Below are positions 12,421-25,283 of a stretch of 64,000 nt of DNA, in pieces. Made by a program: the position numbers and the translations under genes. Positions within the stretch are counted from its first letter, which is position 1. Each line of letters starts with the position of its first letter. The notes below the pieces were generated by a model. It saw only the letters and a list, made by a program, of their open reading frames with translations, was not told the origin of the DNA and searched no databases. This DNA is from Camelus dromedarius (Eukaryota), in assembly GCF_036321535.1 (NCBI RefSeq), contig NC_087437.1, forward strand, positions 67,396,001-67,460,000, read 5' to 3'.

Positions 12421-14029
12421 TGAAAGATGAAGTTCCACTTTCTTTTAATTCACTTATTTCTTAATCTCTTTTCGATTTGATTTTAATTGCTTCCAATCTA
12501 CTTTAAAAGACTCTTTTATCTCTGAACTTTTCTGAATTCTTTTCCTTTTTGATGCCTCTGATAATTTGATTACATTAAAATTGGCATTTTTGAAAGCTCT
12601 TTGATTGCTCCTTCTGTGTTGTATTTACTGGTTTCTTACTTGTGTTTCTTAACTGCAGGCTCTCCCTGTCATTCAGTTTCTCTTCAGATAGCTGCGTGGT
12701 GAGAGAAGGGGTTCTGCCACTTAATGCAATTTGAGTTACTTGGAAAAACAATCAGCTTGCCCTTTCTTGCATGTATACATACTTTATCTGGTCTGGTGCA
12801 CCCTTTCTGACATTCTTGGTTTTTGTTTTTGCTTTTTGTCTTTCTCTGATCCTTCACTAGATATGAACCTAAACTTGAAGCTGAGAAACCAAAGGAAGTA
12901 GAGATGAGAAAAGGGAGGGAAGGGGGTCCTGAAGGTATTTGAGTACCTGCCACTGTAGTTGCCAATCCTTCTGACTACTTGTGTCTTCTATAATTTCCAG
13001 TTTATGCCTGATATAGTTCATACTGCATTTTGCCACTTGAAGCAAATGTGTTCTAATTCTCAGTTCTACCTTTAATGTACTTAAAATCCACATCCTCCAT
13101 GAGCCTTCCCTGGTGACATTTGCCCTATAATATCCCATTTCTTCTGCACCACTGCTAATTTTCTAGTCTTTCCCCCAATTAGGCTTGAAGTTATATTATT
13201 CAGTATATTCACTATTGTTTTCTATATCCTTAATTCAGTTGGATGCTACATAGAAGCAGAGAACATTTTCTTTATTTTTTTTGTTTTTCACCTAGTGTCT
13301 AATAATTGTGGAGAGAAAACATTGAATTGTAAAATTCAACAGATCCATAGTGATGCCTTGACTTTTGGATCTATTTAAATATACATATTCTTTGCAGACA
13401 AATCTATTTAATTTTGTTCCTCTCCAAATCAACTCATCCTGTTTACTTGACACTCCATCAACACAATTAATCACTTCTTTTAGAAGAAATGAGTTTAATT
13501 AGTTAAACATTAATCCATGGATTTAGTAAAATGGCTAATCTAATACGTTTATCTTAACAAACAAGATAATTTGATGTGGCCTAGTTATTTTAGTGACTGG
13601 TTATTACAGTTTATCAAATGTGCTTCATCTACCATGATGTGATTGGATAACTGTGATTAACCTTCAAGTACCCTTATCATCTCTCTTTCCACTTGCTGTA
13701 AAGACTGTAAGGGATCTAAAAAACCCTCTGTGGCTGTGTTTTGCTCTGTTTGGGAAAATCCTCTGGCTCTTATCCACTTTTTTCCCCTGGAACTTTCATG
13801 CTGGCCTGACTTCTCTTTGTAGCTTATTTTCACATAAATAGAATTCTCACTCTCTGTATGTCTTCTTTTGTAATCAAGTAGACTTGGCCTCCCATTTTAA
13901 TAATGCTTACAAATAAACCGAACAATTAAGAGGCAGATTAGTAAAACAAAATTACCATAAATTTTAAGATACAAGCATGACAGATTAGAGGCCAGCTTCA
14001 TTTTGAGACCCGTCAGAGAAGTCACAGAA

Positions 14030-14205
14030 GTTGGGGAGTATTTAAACTGTCTTGTTTTATATCTAGTCCAAAAGCCATCAATTTACCAGTGAGAAGACTG
14101 AAGCTCAGAGAAAGGGAAATGACCTACCCTCAATCCTGGGGTTGATTAATTTAAAGCCGGAAATAATCCTGGTCTGATCCTTAGTCCATAGCTCTCCCCA
14201 CTGTC
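14030..14205 (-). mobile_element. MIR SINE
   Basis: tttaccagtgagaagactgaagctcagagaaaggg. Confidence 0.6.
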
Positions 14206-14299
14206 AGAAATATTTCAGGTGAAATTGTCCTCTCCTCTTCTGTTTTGTCTTGCTTACCTACCTCAAAGGTGGGAATACTCTTTCCTCATTGTTTCTTCG

Positions 14300-14958
14300 T
14301 CCTCTCCAGCTCATTTCTCTGCTACTATTCACAGGAAAAATTCTGTAACAAGTTGTTGATACTCTCCCCTTTCCCTCACTTTCCATTCTCTCTTTAATCC
14401 ACTCCAATCTACCTTTGTTCCACCCCACCTCCAACCCCCAGAAAGATTCACGTCAGTGTCTCCAATGACCCCATGTTGCCAAATCCACTGTCAGTTCTCT
14501 GTTCTCATCTTATTGCCCTCTCAGCAGCATTCAGTATGAAACACTTTCCTTTTCTGAATTCTGTTCACAAACTACTGAGTTTCCTCCTTCCTTATAGACT
14601 GTTCTTTCTCAGCCTTTCATTTTCTGCTACACCCCTAACTGATCTATAAATATTACAGTATCTCAGAGCTTCCCCTCAGCTCTCTTTTCAGTTTACACAC
14701 TCGTGGTAGGTTGTGTCATCCATTTCCGTGGATTTAAATATCATCTAGATACTGATCACTCTCACACTTAACTTGCCAGCCCTTCCCATTAGGCTCTAAA
14801 TTTCTTTATGCCACTGTCTACTTGACATTTTCCCTTGGATGTTGAATAGGATTTCAACTAAACAAGTCTAAAATGGAGCTCTTGATTCCCAGTTTCCCCA
14901 AACCTGTTCTTGCCAGTCGTTCCCATCTTAGAAGATTATTCAACCAGTTGCCCAAATT
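14300..14958 (+). mobile_element. L2 (5' piece of an element split by L1ME)
   Basis: ccaatgaccccatgttgccaaatccactg...ttctcatcttattgccctctcagcagcatt...tctacttgacatttt...aacaagtctaaaatggagctcttgatt. Confidence 0.85.
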
Positions 14959-14959
14959 A

Positions 14960-17857
14960 AAAAAATATTAAAAACCCTGATTGGAAAACTGGACAAAGAC
15001 ATTACAAAAAATAAATTTACTATCCAATGTACTTTATGAACATAGATGCAAAAGTCCTTAAAATGTCAGCAAATAAAATCCAACAGCACATAGAACAGAT
15101 AATACCTAGTGAAGTTTATCCCTGGTAGTATTTGGTTTAGTATTAGCAAGATAATCAGTGAAACTCACCATACTAAAAGAATAAAGGAGAAAAAGCACAT
15201 GACCATCTCAACAGACAGAGAAAAAAATTTAACAAAACTGTTTTGCTGTTCACTGATAAAAACTCTCAGCACTCTAAGAATGGAGGGGATTTTCCTCATT
15301 CTGATAAAAGGTATCTATGAAAAATCAACAGTTAACACTATTCTTAATGGTGAAATATTAAATGTTTTCTCCCAAGACCACAAACAAATTAAGGATGTCC
15401 ACTCTCGCCACTTCTATTAACATTTTATTGAAAATCCTAGATGTTACAATAAGAAAAGACGAGGAAATAAAAAGCATACAGACGAGAAATGAGGTAAATA
15501 TGTCTTTATTCATAGATAACGTGATTGTCAAGGTTGAAAGTTTAATGAACCTTCAAAAAAGTCACTACAACTAAAATGTAAATTTAGCATTGTCTCAGGA
15601 TACAAGGTCAATATACAAAACTCAGTTGCATTTCCCATATTTAACTGCAGAAAAGGGGAAAATGAAATTAAAACAAAATTCCGTCCACAACAGAGTAAAA
15701 AAGCATAACATACTTAGGAACAAGATTAACAAGACCATTACATTAAAAATTACAAAACACCATTAAGAAAAATTAGAGAAAGTAGTAAATATACCAGGTA
15801 CATTGATTTGAAGACATGTTACTATTAATGTGCTGGTTCTCTCCAAAATAACCTATAGATTCAATGCAATGCCAATAGTAATCCCACCAGGCTTTTCTTT
15901 TTAAAGAAATTAACAGGCTGATTCTAACATTTATATGGAAAAGCAAAGGATCTACAACAGCCAAAGAAATTTTGAAGAAGGACAAAGTTAGAGGACTTAA
16001 CCTGGCTTAAAAATTTACTCTCAAGTTACAGTAATCAAGAAAGTATGGTACTGGCAAAAGGATTTACAGATAGGTAATGGAATAGAATAGGGAGTCTAGA
16101 ATTAGACCTATGCTAATAAAATCATTTGATTTTCAACAAAATCACCAAAACCCTGTTACAGGGAAAGGGAATTCTTTTTGACAAAATGTGCTACAACAAG
16201 TGGATATCTATATAGAAAAGATGAATTTGACCCATTTCTCACATCATAAAAAGCAACTTGAGATAAATCTTAGACCTAAACATAAAGGTAAAAACCATAA
16301 AGATTATAGGGAAAAACACAGGAAAATATCTTCAAGATTTTGAGAAGGGGCAAAAGATATTTTAGGCAGGATACAGAAAATAATAACCAAAAAGAAATCA
16401 TTGATAAAGTTGATTTCATCAAAATTAAAATATTTCTGCGCATTAAAAGACATTATTAATAGGCAATCCACAGACCTGCATAAAATATTCACCATACATC
16501 AGACAAAGAACAGATATCCAGTCTATATAGAGAAATTCTGTTAGTAATAAAACTATAACCCAATTTTTAAAATGGGGAAACCATTTAAACAGATACTTCA
16601 CAAAGAAACTCTATGAATGACCAATAAACATGTAAAAAAACACTCAACAGTAGAATTACCAAGGAAATAAAATTTTAAAAACATAGTAAGATATGCAAAA
16701 CACCTACCATGATGGCTAAAATTAAAATCACTGACACCACCAAATGCTGGCAAGGATCTGGAACAACTGGAACTCTCATACATCATTGATGGGAGTGTAA
16801 AATAGTATCATTGCTTTGTCAGAAGGTCTGGCAATTTCTTAACATATATGTGTACTATGATTCAGAAATTCTGTTCCTACCCAAGAGAACTGAAAATATA
16901 GGCACAAAAAGAATTACATGAGAATGTTCATATCAGTTTTATTCCTAATATGTGAAACTGGAAACAGGTCAGTTGTCCATCTGCAACTGAATGACTAAAC
17001 AGAGTTGGATATAGTCATACAATAGAATACGGCTTCGCACTAAAAAGGAGCAAACTACTGATACACACAGCAACACTGATGACTCTCAAAAGCATTATGC
17101 TTATTGAAAAAGCCTTCCCCAGAAGAGCACATACAATATGACTTCACTTGTATGAAATTCTAAAACGGGCAAAACTAATTTATGTGGCCAAAAATTAGAA
17201 TATTTGTTACCTCTGAGAGAGGGGTGGGGATCTGCATGGAGAAACATTCTGGATCGTGATAGGCATTAGGGAAGTGGTTAACAACTGGGGGCAGTATACC
17301 CCGCTCCCCATTATTTTTGGCAAAGTCTGGAGACATCTTTGGTTGTCACAACTGGAGGAGGGGTGTGTGTGGTGCTACTGACACCTAGTGGGTAGAGGAC
17401 AGGGGTGCTGCTGATCACCCAGCAACGCCCAGGGCAGCCTCCACAACAAAGAATTATCTGAGGTTGAGAATGGTGTCAAGGTTTAAAAACCTGAGTTAGT
17501 ATTATGTAAGTGTATGCATTTCTTAAAACTCATTAAATGGTATATAAAAATTTTTACATTTCATTATATGCCAATTTTTCCTATAAAAATAAAAGAAGCA
17601 AAACCACTTACTGATTCTAGTTAATAAACAAATGCTATTTTAGGGGTAGGGGTGAAATGTTCTCAGCTTTCTTTTTTCACCCTAAGAGCATCAAAAAATC
17701 ACCTGGATTGATGCATGAATAGTTGGATGGATAGATGGATGGCTATGTGATAAAGTAGGTGTAGAAGAATGTTCATTATATAGTCTTCACGGTGAGTACA
17801 TAGATGGTTATTATTCAGTCTGTTTCTAAGTTTGAAAATTTTCATAACAAAATGTTG
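14960..17857 (+). mobile_element. L1ME-type LINE (ORF2 through 3' end), interrupted by MER20
   Basis: ORF 15109-15420 (HMTISTDREK...IKGIYEKSTVNTILNGE) is ORF2. The 3' terminus tttgaaaattttcataacaaaatgttg is typical of L1ME. Confidence 0.9.
17270..17495 (+). mobile_element. MER20 hAT-Charlie MITE
   Basis: gtggttaacaactgggggca...tttggcaaagtctggagacatctttggttgtcacaactgg...tgctactgacacctagtgggtagagg...cacaacaaagaattatctg. Confidence 0.9.
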
Positions 17858-18850
17858 TCATCTTTAATTTCTTCCTTTAACTCATCCATTCATATCCATT
17901 CTATCAATGCATCTTGCCTATTGTATTATCAGAATCTATCTGGAACCAGTTCTCATTTTTCATTGCTATAGCCATTCAAGTCAGTGTTACGGTACCAACA
18001 ACTCTCACAACTGGACCTTAGCAGTAACCTAGTCACTGGTCTGCTTCTGCTTCCTCTCATGCTTTTTTATAATCTATGCTTTTGACCACAGCCAGTGAGT
18101 CCTTAAAATAGAACTGACACATCATTCTTCCTGTATTAAAACCTTCCAAACTAGCAGGTCACTGTGGTCAGAGTACAGCCTGCTACCTTGCCATGTCCCA
18201 CGAGGATCTACTAGATCCAGCACTTGCCTACGTCTTGAGTGCCTCTCTGTGCAGCCGCTGTTCACCCTATCTGGCCACTCTGGCCAACTTCTGCTCTTGA
18301 GCCTGTCATGCTTTTCCCCACATCACACTTTACTCTAGCTGTTTCCTCTACGTGGGATGCTTTTCTCTGGCTCTTGCCAGGGATAGCTCCTTTCCTTTTC
18401 TTTTTGATTGAAGTATAGTTGATTTACAGCATTGTATTAGCTTCAGGTGTATAGCAAATTAATTCAATTATATACGCATATATATTATACATATATTATT
18501 ATTACATATATATTCTTTTTCAGATTCTTTTCCATTGTAGGTTATTACAAGATAATGAATATAGTTCCCTGTGTTGTACAGTAATCTTTTCCTTGTTCAG
18601 GTCTCAGTTAATGTGCTACTTCCTCTCTCTCCACCTACACTACCCTCCTCCCATCAATTCCTTTCGCATCCCCTGTCTTACTTTCTTCTTAGCAGCTATT
18701 TGAATTTACCTAGTTAATTTCGTACTCTTCTTAGATTTTAAAGTCTAGGAACATGGGGATCATATCTGCCTTGTTCGTTGCTCTACCATCAGGCACCAGA
18801 ATGATGCCTGGCATGTATTAAGTACAACATAAATATTTGTTCTTTGAGTC
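17858..18850 (+). mobile_element. L2 (3' piece), interrupted by a short L1 3' fragment
   Basis: Resumes the L2 sequence. Ends atgcctggcatgtattaagtacaacataaatatttgttctttgag (L2 3' terminus). Confidence 0.8.
18401..18584 (-). mobile_element. 5'-truncated cetartiodactyl-type L1 3' end
   Basis: ttgaagtatagttgatttaca...cagattcttttccattgtaggttattacaagata...atagttccctgtg. Confidence 0.85.
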
Positions 18851-19134
18851 AATGGTTGCATGATATAGTCAGAAGCTTGGTGACAGTTTTTTTTTTTTTT
18901 AAATCAGAAAAGCCCTAGAAATGCCTACAGACTGAAGGATGAGATTCCACAGGCAGTCTCTTAGACAAAAAAAAGCACCATATAGAGATTGATAGAGGAA
19001 TATGACACATAGGATCGTAGAGCTTGTCCTTAGGGTATACACACCTCTGGGCTCAATTCACTATCTTGATTTTTCATTGACTTGTCTCAGGAAGGAGGAT
19101 TAGTTAACTGAATTATGGAATGTACTTCCTGATG

Positions 19135-19245
19135 ATAGAATCCCTATAGCTATTAAAAATCATGTTGTAGAGGAATATTTATTGACACGGAGAAAAGTTC
19201 ATGATATATTGCCAAGTGAAAAAGGCTTCAGAAGAATGTGCTGCA
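19135..19245 (+). mobile_element. L1ME 3' fragment
   Basis: gctattaaaaatcatgttgtagaggaatattta...catgatatattgccaagtgaaaaa. Confidence 0.65.
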
Positions 19246-19775
19246 GATTATCTCTAGGCCACAGGGAACCCTGAACAACCTCATCCCTTTCTTAATAACA
19301 CTCACCTAAGATTGTTAAGGGATTGTTTTCTTCGGCCTTGATCTTCTGAGGTCAGGCACCTTTGGTCCCTTTTGGAATCAGAGGGATTGTGTATTTTTGA
19401 ATATCTTAAATTTAGAAAGGCCTTGAAGTAGGCGTAATTGATAGGATGTTAGTTTAATATTAAGTGCCAAGAGTCTGCTAGGAACCAAGGAGATGGGAAA
19501 ATTGACCAAGAAGGAGTTTGTGTTGTATTACATTGTATTATATGTCATGAATGAGTTTAATTCCAGCTGGGTCACTAACTCCTGTGATACAACAAGAAAG
19601 CTAGAGGGCTCCATTCTGAAAGTAAGTGTAGCGATTCATCTCTCTGAGTGTAACCAAGTTTTTCACCCTTACCTTTTTTATATAACTTGAATACAGTAAT
19701 CTGAGAATCCCTCCTGTGTGACTGCAAGAATCCCATGCTGTGTCCAGTGACCACTGAGGTTTGCTAGAGGAATGC

Positions 19776-20221
19776 TATATGGGTTTCCCGGGGCTGCTGT
19801 ACCAAAGTACACGCACTGGGTGCCTTAAACAACAGAAATTTATTGTCTCACAGTTACACAGGCTAGAAGTCCAAAATCAAGCAGTCACCTAGATTGGTTC
19901 CTTCTGAAGGCTGTGAAGGAGTCTCTTCTCCATGCCCCACTCCTGGTTTCTGGTAGCCCCAGGCATTCCATGGCTTATAGATGGTGTTCTCCTGTGTCTC
20001 AAGGTTGTTTTCCATCCGTGCCTGACTGTGTCCAAATTTTGCCTTTTTGTAAGGACACCAGTCATGTTGTATTAAGGCTCACTCGAATTGTCTCATTTTA
20101 AATTGATCATCTGCAAAAACCCTATTTCCAGATAAGATCACATTTACAGGTGGAGGTCACATTAGGTCCTGGGGGTTAGGACTTCAACATCTTCTGGGGT
20201 GACTCAATTCAACTCATAACA
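19776..20221 (-). mobile_element. MLT1B/C (ERVL-MaLR) solo LTR, full length
   Basis: ttaaacaacagaaatttattgtctcacagtt...aaggacaccagtcat...ttaggacttcaaca...aattcaactcataaca. Flanks aatgc (19771-19775) and aatac (20222-20226) form a degenerate 5-bp TSD. Confidence 0.9.
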
Positions 20222-22134
20222 AATACCATCCTGGGTGTGGCTGTGCCCTGCTCACACCCACCCTCTGCTCTGGCCCCATCCCCAGTTGTCTTCCTACCAC
20301 TTCTCCATGCTGTGACAGCTCACTTCTAACCACCAGCAGAAGGTTGTCATTTAAAACACTAATCTTGACTAAGATATGAGGCTGACATAATAAAAGTGCA
20401 GTGCACAGAAGGGAAATTTGAAATTGGATGTTAGAGATATCAGCTTTTCAAGGCCAGGGTCCACAACCTCTCACTGGGGTTCTGGCCATCTCTTGTCTTA
20501 ACTCTTGGCCTTCTGCCAGACTGTGTGATTTGATCATCCTTCTTAGAAGAGTTTTCTCCGTTTCAGTTGTTTTCTCACCCCAGCCGAGAGCTCCCACTGG
20601 CAGAAACACAAAATCAATTAATATTAAAATAAATCCCTAAGAGATAGACCACTTTACACTTAAAACACTGTCGTGGTGTTAAAAAGGCTGCTGAACCCCA
20701 GGATTGCAGCATCTGCATTTCAGCCCTTGCCCTCCTTGTGAAGAGTGCGTAGGTACTTGCCTTCCGGCTGCATGAATGATCCTGCACAGAACTAAGAGGG
20801 AGCATCTTGTATGAATGGATTTGGAGCAGAAATTGCTATCGTGTTTTTATGAATAACACTATCATTTTTCCTTTTGTAACTCTGTCACAGAGTTAGTAGG
20901 GTCTCCTAGAGGAATTGGAGTAAGAATTACCCCTTGAAAGATGACATTTATTAGCTGGGTTCATAATTTTCTTTAAATTCATGTCCATATAAACACTGTG
21001 ACGGGGCGTAAGTTGTGACAGAATTATTCAACCAAAGGACAGGTTAGCGGGGGCATGTATCCACTTGCCCTGCATGTGAGGGTGATGCCTGCACAGGCTG
21101 AGCTGCTTTCTATACAGAAGCGAAGGGATAGAAAGTAGATGCCATGGGGTACACCAGCTAGTTTTATTCAGTCATACTGTTATCTATCAGAGTCTATTAA
21201 ACATTTCATTTTTAAGACCTCTGTTTATTAAAAGAAATAGGATTTAGTAGGCAGAGAAGGGAGATAGGGCAAACTAGTAGAAAGGACATTATATCAGAAG
21301 AAATCAAATGAGCATAGTCTCAGAGATAGGAAAATGTATACCAAGCCCAAGGCCAGTGTGGCTGTTCCCTGCATGTGTCTAGGAATTCCACCTTGGCTCG
21401 GACGTTGACCTTCTGTCTGGGATGGGGAAGAGAGTTAGGGAGAGAATGGGCAGGGCTAGGGGCAGAGTGCAGGAAGACTGTAAGGCGGCATGAAGGACTA
21501 GCTAAGCAGCTGAGGAATCTACGAGATTCCCCCATAGAGTTGATGGCACTAGGTGACCAGTTGCATGGCTAGGCGGTTGAGAAAGAGAATGGGCAAATGA
21601 GTAGGGTCTCTTTGCAGTTGGTGACATAGCATATATTTAAGAGTCAAGCAAAATTTTGCCACTCTAGGGTAGGTCACCCCAGCAGCCAGGTAAAAAATGC
21701 ATGAAAATGTGGTTAACAGCCTGGGAGGCCAAGTCAGATAGATTGCTTTTGTTTTGTCTTGTTTATTAGCTGATTTTGGGGGGCCTCTTTGGGATCTAGA
21801 CATAGGTTTCTCACATTTTCTTTCTTGGCCCAAATAACTGCCAACATAATGCCAGTGTTACCGTGGGCGCAGCAAGTTTTTAAGCTTGGTTGGCTCCTGA
21901 ACTGAGGTAATGCTGATTTCCATTCAGCTTTCAGGAACCTGATGCTTTATAGCAGGTGCTGGTTGGATATAGACCTCTTTAGACCTATTTCAAACAGCTC
22001 CTCATGTGAAACCAGCCTCTTTAAGGGCTTGCTAAAAATATGAATACTTCAGTAGCCATTTCATTTTGTGCTTCTGATTTGACAGCTTGCTCCTCCATAA
22101 ATTCATTTGATTTTTGTTGTACCTCTGTTATATG

Positions 22135-22285
22135 GGAGGGGGTTAGAATTAATAACTGTATTTTCGATGTAGAGAATATGAAGCTCAGAAAGATGAAGTA
22201 ATTTGTCCCAAACTATTTGACTAGTATGCGGCAAAGCCAGACCTGGCAGACCGGTTTTAGAGATCCTGTTCCGTGACTCTTTGTG
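22135..22285 (-). mobile_element. MIR SINE
   Basis: gaagctcagaaagatgaagtaatttgtcccaa...ggcaaagccag. Confidence 0.6.
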
Positions 22286-22371
22286 TGTCCAATGTTTGGT
22301 ATATTCTGTCCCCTAAGACACTACATTTTTAAAAGAGACAATTTTTGAAAGAGAATTTTAGCATTGTATCA

Positions 22372-22890
22372 GTAAGAATATATTTTTTTTCAATATCAAA
22401 TGACAGGAAACCTAACTCAAACTGGCTTTAGTAAAATGGAAAATGTTTTTGGACATGCACTTCTAGGGAATCCGGGATTCAATTGTGACTTGATCCAAGA
22501 GGCTCAAATTTTTCTCCATTTCCTGGCTTTGCTTTCTACCATGTTGACTTCATTCACAAGTTCCCCAGAGTAGCAAGACAGCTGACAGTAACTCCAGCCA
22601 TTAAATGTTCCCATGTTTGTGTCCAGTGGACAAGAGAGAACACATCTTCCTGGCAGCTCTTGAATAAGCCCTGGGATTTATCCTGATTGGACCAGCATGG
22701 GCTGTGTGTCTGTCTCAGAACCAGTCCCTGTGACTAGAGCAATTTGGTGTGCTGATGTCCCAAGCTGAGTAACAGACTTCACTTCTGTAGGAATGGAACC
22801 ATATATATGGACTGAAAGCGGGCATAGGGTGGTTCTTTAAAAATGTGGAGTGATAGTACCATTAAAGAGGGAGACTGGATGCTTGGTGGC
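22372..22890 (-). mobile_element. Old MLT1 (J/K/L-type) LTR
   Basis: caaatgacaggaaacctaactcaaactggcttta...ctgattggaccagcatggg...gaaccagtccctgtgactag. Confidence 0.75.
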
Positions 22891-23169
22891 CAAAGCCACA
22901 AATTTCCTCCATAAGGAGCCACTTAAATTCCTGGCTGTGTTCTCTAGTTGCTGGAGGAAATAGGACCTTTTGTTGAGAACTAAACCAGGCGGTAGCCCTC
23001 TTCACGCCATGTCACATTATAATACAGGGAGAGCCACAGGTAAATTATGAGGTAAAGTCTGTTTTATTGCACTGTAGTTCCCCATTCTGAACCCAGGTCC
23101 CCTAGACTGAGGCCACTGGGTGACTTGTACTTGGGTGGCAGTTAGCTGTGCCGGTTCTTATTAGCTTCC

Positions 23170-23655
23170 ATTTAAGCCCCCAGTCCTGCTGGCCTCTCTG
23201 TCTCTAGCTTCGTGCCTGTTACACCCAACTTGTATCCTATGCTAAAGTTTTCCTACCACCCTGGTGCCTCTGGAATGTTCTTTCATGTTCCTGTGCTTCG
23301 CATGGGCTCCGTCTTCTCTGTGCTGTGCTTCTCTGATCATTGGCTCCCTGACAGAATTCACACCTGATCAGGGCTCTGTTTCATGGTGATCTACTCAGTG
23401 AGCTTTTCTGATCCTGACGCTCCAGGCTGAAATCGTGTTCCCACAGAATCCCATACATTTAAAAAATAACATATTTATTATATTGAGTTGTAATTCTTGA
23501 CTTCCTTGCCTATCTTCCTGCCCTAGAACTCCTTTAGGGTCACGACTTGATTTATTTGCCTGTAATCTGATAACTATCCCAAGACTGGTCCACAGTAGGT
23601 TCTCAGTATATGTTTACTAGATTGATGAACGGAGAAATGAATATGTGAGTGAATC
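23170..23655 (+). mobile_element. L2 3' end
   Basis: cctagaactcctttagggtcacgact...cacagtaggttctcagtatatgttt...gaatatgtgagtgaat. Confidence 0.7.
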
Positions 23656-25084
23656 ATCAGAATAATAATTGGAAGGTATCAACCTCACTGTAGGGCCTTT
23701 ATCATGTACTCCCCTTTCTGATATGAAAATGCAGGCAGATGAAGTGCTCTGGGGACACTCAACCAAAACCAGTGTAGGAAAAGGTAGCAGATAGCAATCT
23801 TAGGGGGTGAACTTCCCATGATTGTGTTTGTGGGAGAGAGTACTCTGCAAAGAACTTGCCACTTGCCATCTTTGCAATGACAATGAGAGCTGAAAAAGAG
23901 GCCTTGGAAAACTCAAGAGATCTGCAGCCCAATTAATGGCTGTGGCTGCTCATTAAGGTGGGAAACTTGCGCCCACACTGCAGCAGAAGCTGCCCATATT
24001 TGAGTAGCTTCATTAACTGCCTTTTCTCTCTTGAATAAGACTGTGAAGGGAGGTGGTGGTGTCACCTAACTGGAGATCACCAGCGAAGGCAGCTCCTATC
24101 TTGCAGGCCGTTATGAGAATATTGTGACCAACTTGTAGGGTCTCAGAATCACACAACGAGCAGAATGTATACAGCTGGAAGTCAAGCACAAAAATAATTG
24201 CATAAAATTGAAAAAAAGCGGCCTATGAGAAAAAGTTACAGTAATTAGCTTATTTCACCTGGAGAAGGAAAATACAGGGGAAATTTACTGCCTTAATAGG
24301 CTTTGAGTCCATGAAGGGTAATGCTATAGAATGGTGAATTTATAGTTGTACATGTTAAAGGATTTTTTCCTGTTGTCCTCTCTCCATTTCTTGCTTGATT
24401 TCTCCTCTGTGATATGTGATGAAAGATAATAGTGTGGTGACTTTAGAAAATGTATGAGAAGAAATACTCGGGGGCTTTGCAGCATTATTGCACTATCTTG
24501 TGACTGCCTCCCACCCTTCCCCCTCCAAAATGAAAAACACAGAAGTAACTATGCCACCTGCAAGAGCGCTTTCCTCTTTCACAGCCATCCTGTCGCCATC
24601 TGCTAAAGTCCTCACCCACCTGGGTAGTGAACAACATTAACTGTCTTCCAGAAATGCACAGGAACCACAGTCTTCCCCAAAATTGAGGGTAGGAGGAAGG
24701 AGACATTTTATAGCACTTCCAAATGAGCTTTTTACCCTGCAACTCGCCTGATGCCCTTTGTTAATCTACTGCACGTTCAACCAAGCTTACTGTCTAATCA
24801 GGGCACAGCTCTTGGGTTAAACAGAATCTTAGAATTTGTTGATTCCTTGGCTCTCTTCTTTGAAACTTCTAATGCCTGTAAGCGACTCAGGGGTGCTGTC
24901 CCTAAAGCTGAGAAGACTTTAGAGGTTTTAGAAGCAGCCACAGGGATTTTCTTTGCTTCAGATCAGGAAAATTTCTTCAGCCAAATCATGGCTTGTTCCC
25001 TACATGTAATTATGACGAGAACATGGTTCTCCTTGCTGATATTAAACAAGGGGCCCCATGAAGTTTCCGAAGAGAATTGCCTAA

Positions 25085-25283
25085 TATTTCTCAGTAATAT
25101 TTTGGGGGCAAGAAAATTGTTCCTTTTGGAAAGCTGTCCTGTATGTTGCAGGATGTTTTCCTTTCCTGGTTTTCATCCCTTAAACGCTGTTGGTTCTTCC
25201 TGTTGCTGTGGCAACTCCAAGCACCCCCCCGCCTCCATTTTTGAACACCCCCTAAGAGAACACTCCCTGTTGAGAACTACTGA
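25085..25283 (-). mobile_element. MER20-like hAT-Charlie fragment
   Basis: gctgtcctgtatgttgcaggatgttt...tgttgagaactactg terminus. Confidence 0.65.
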
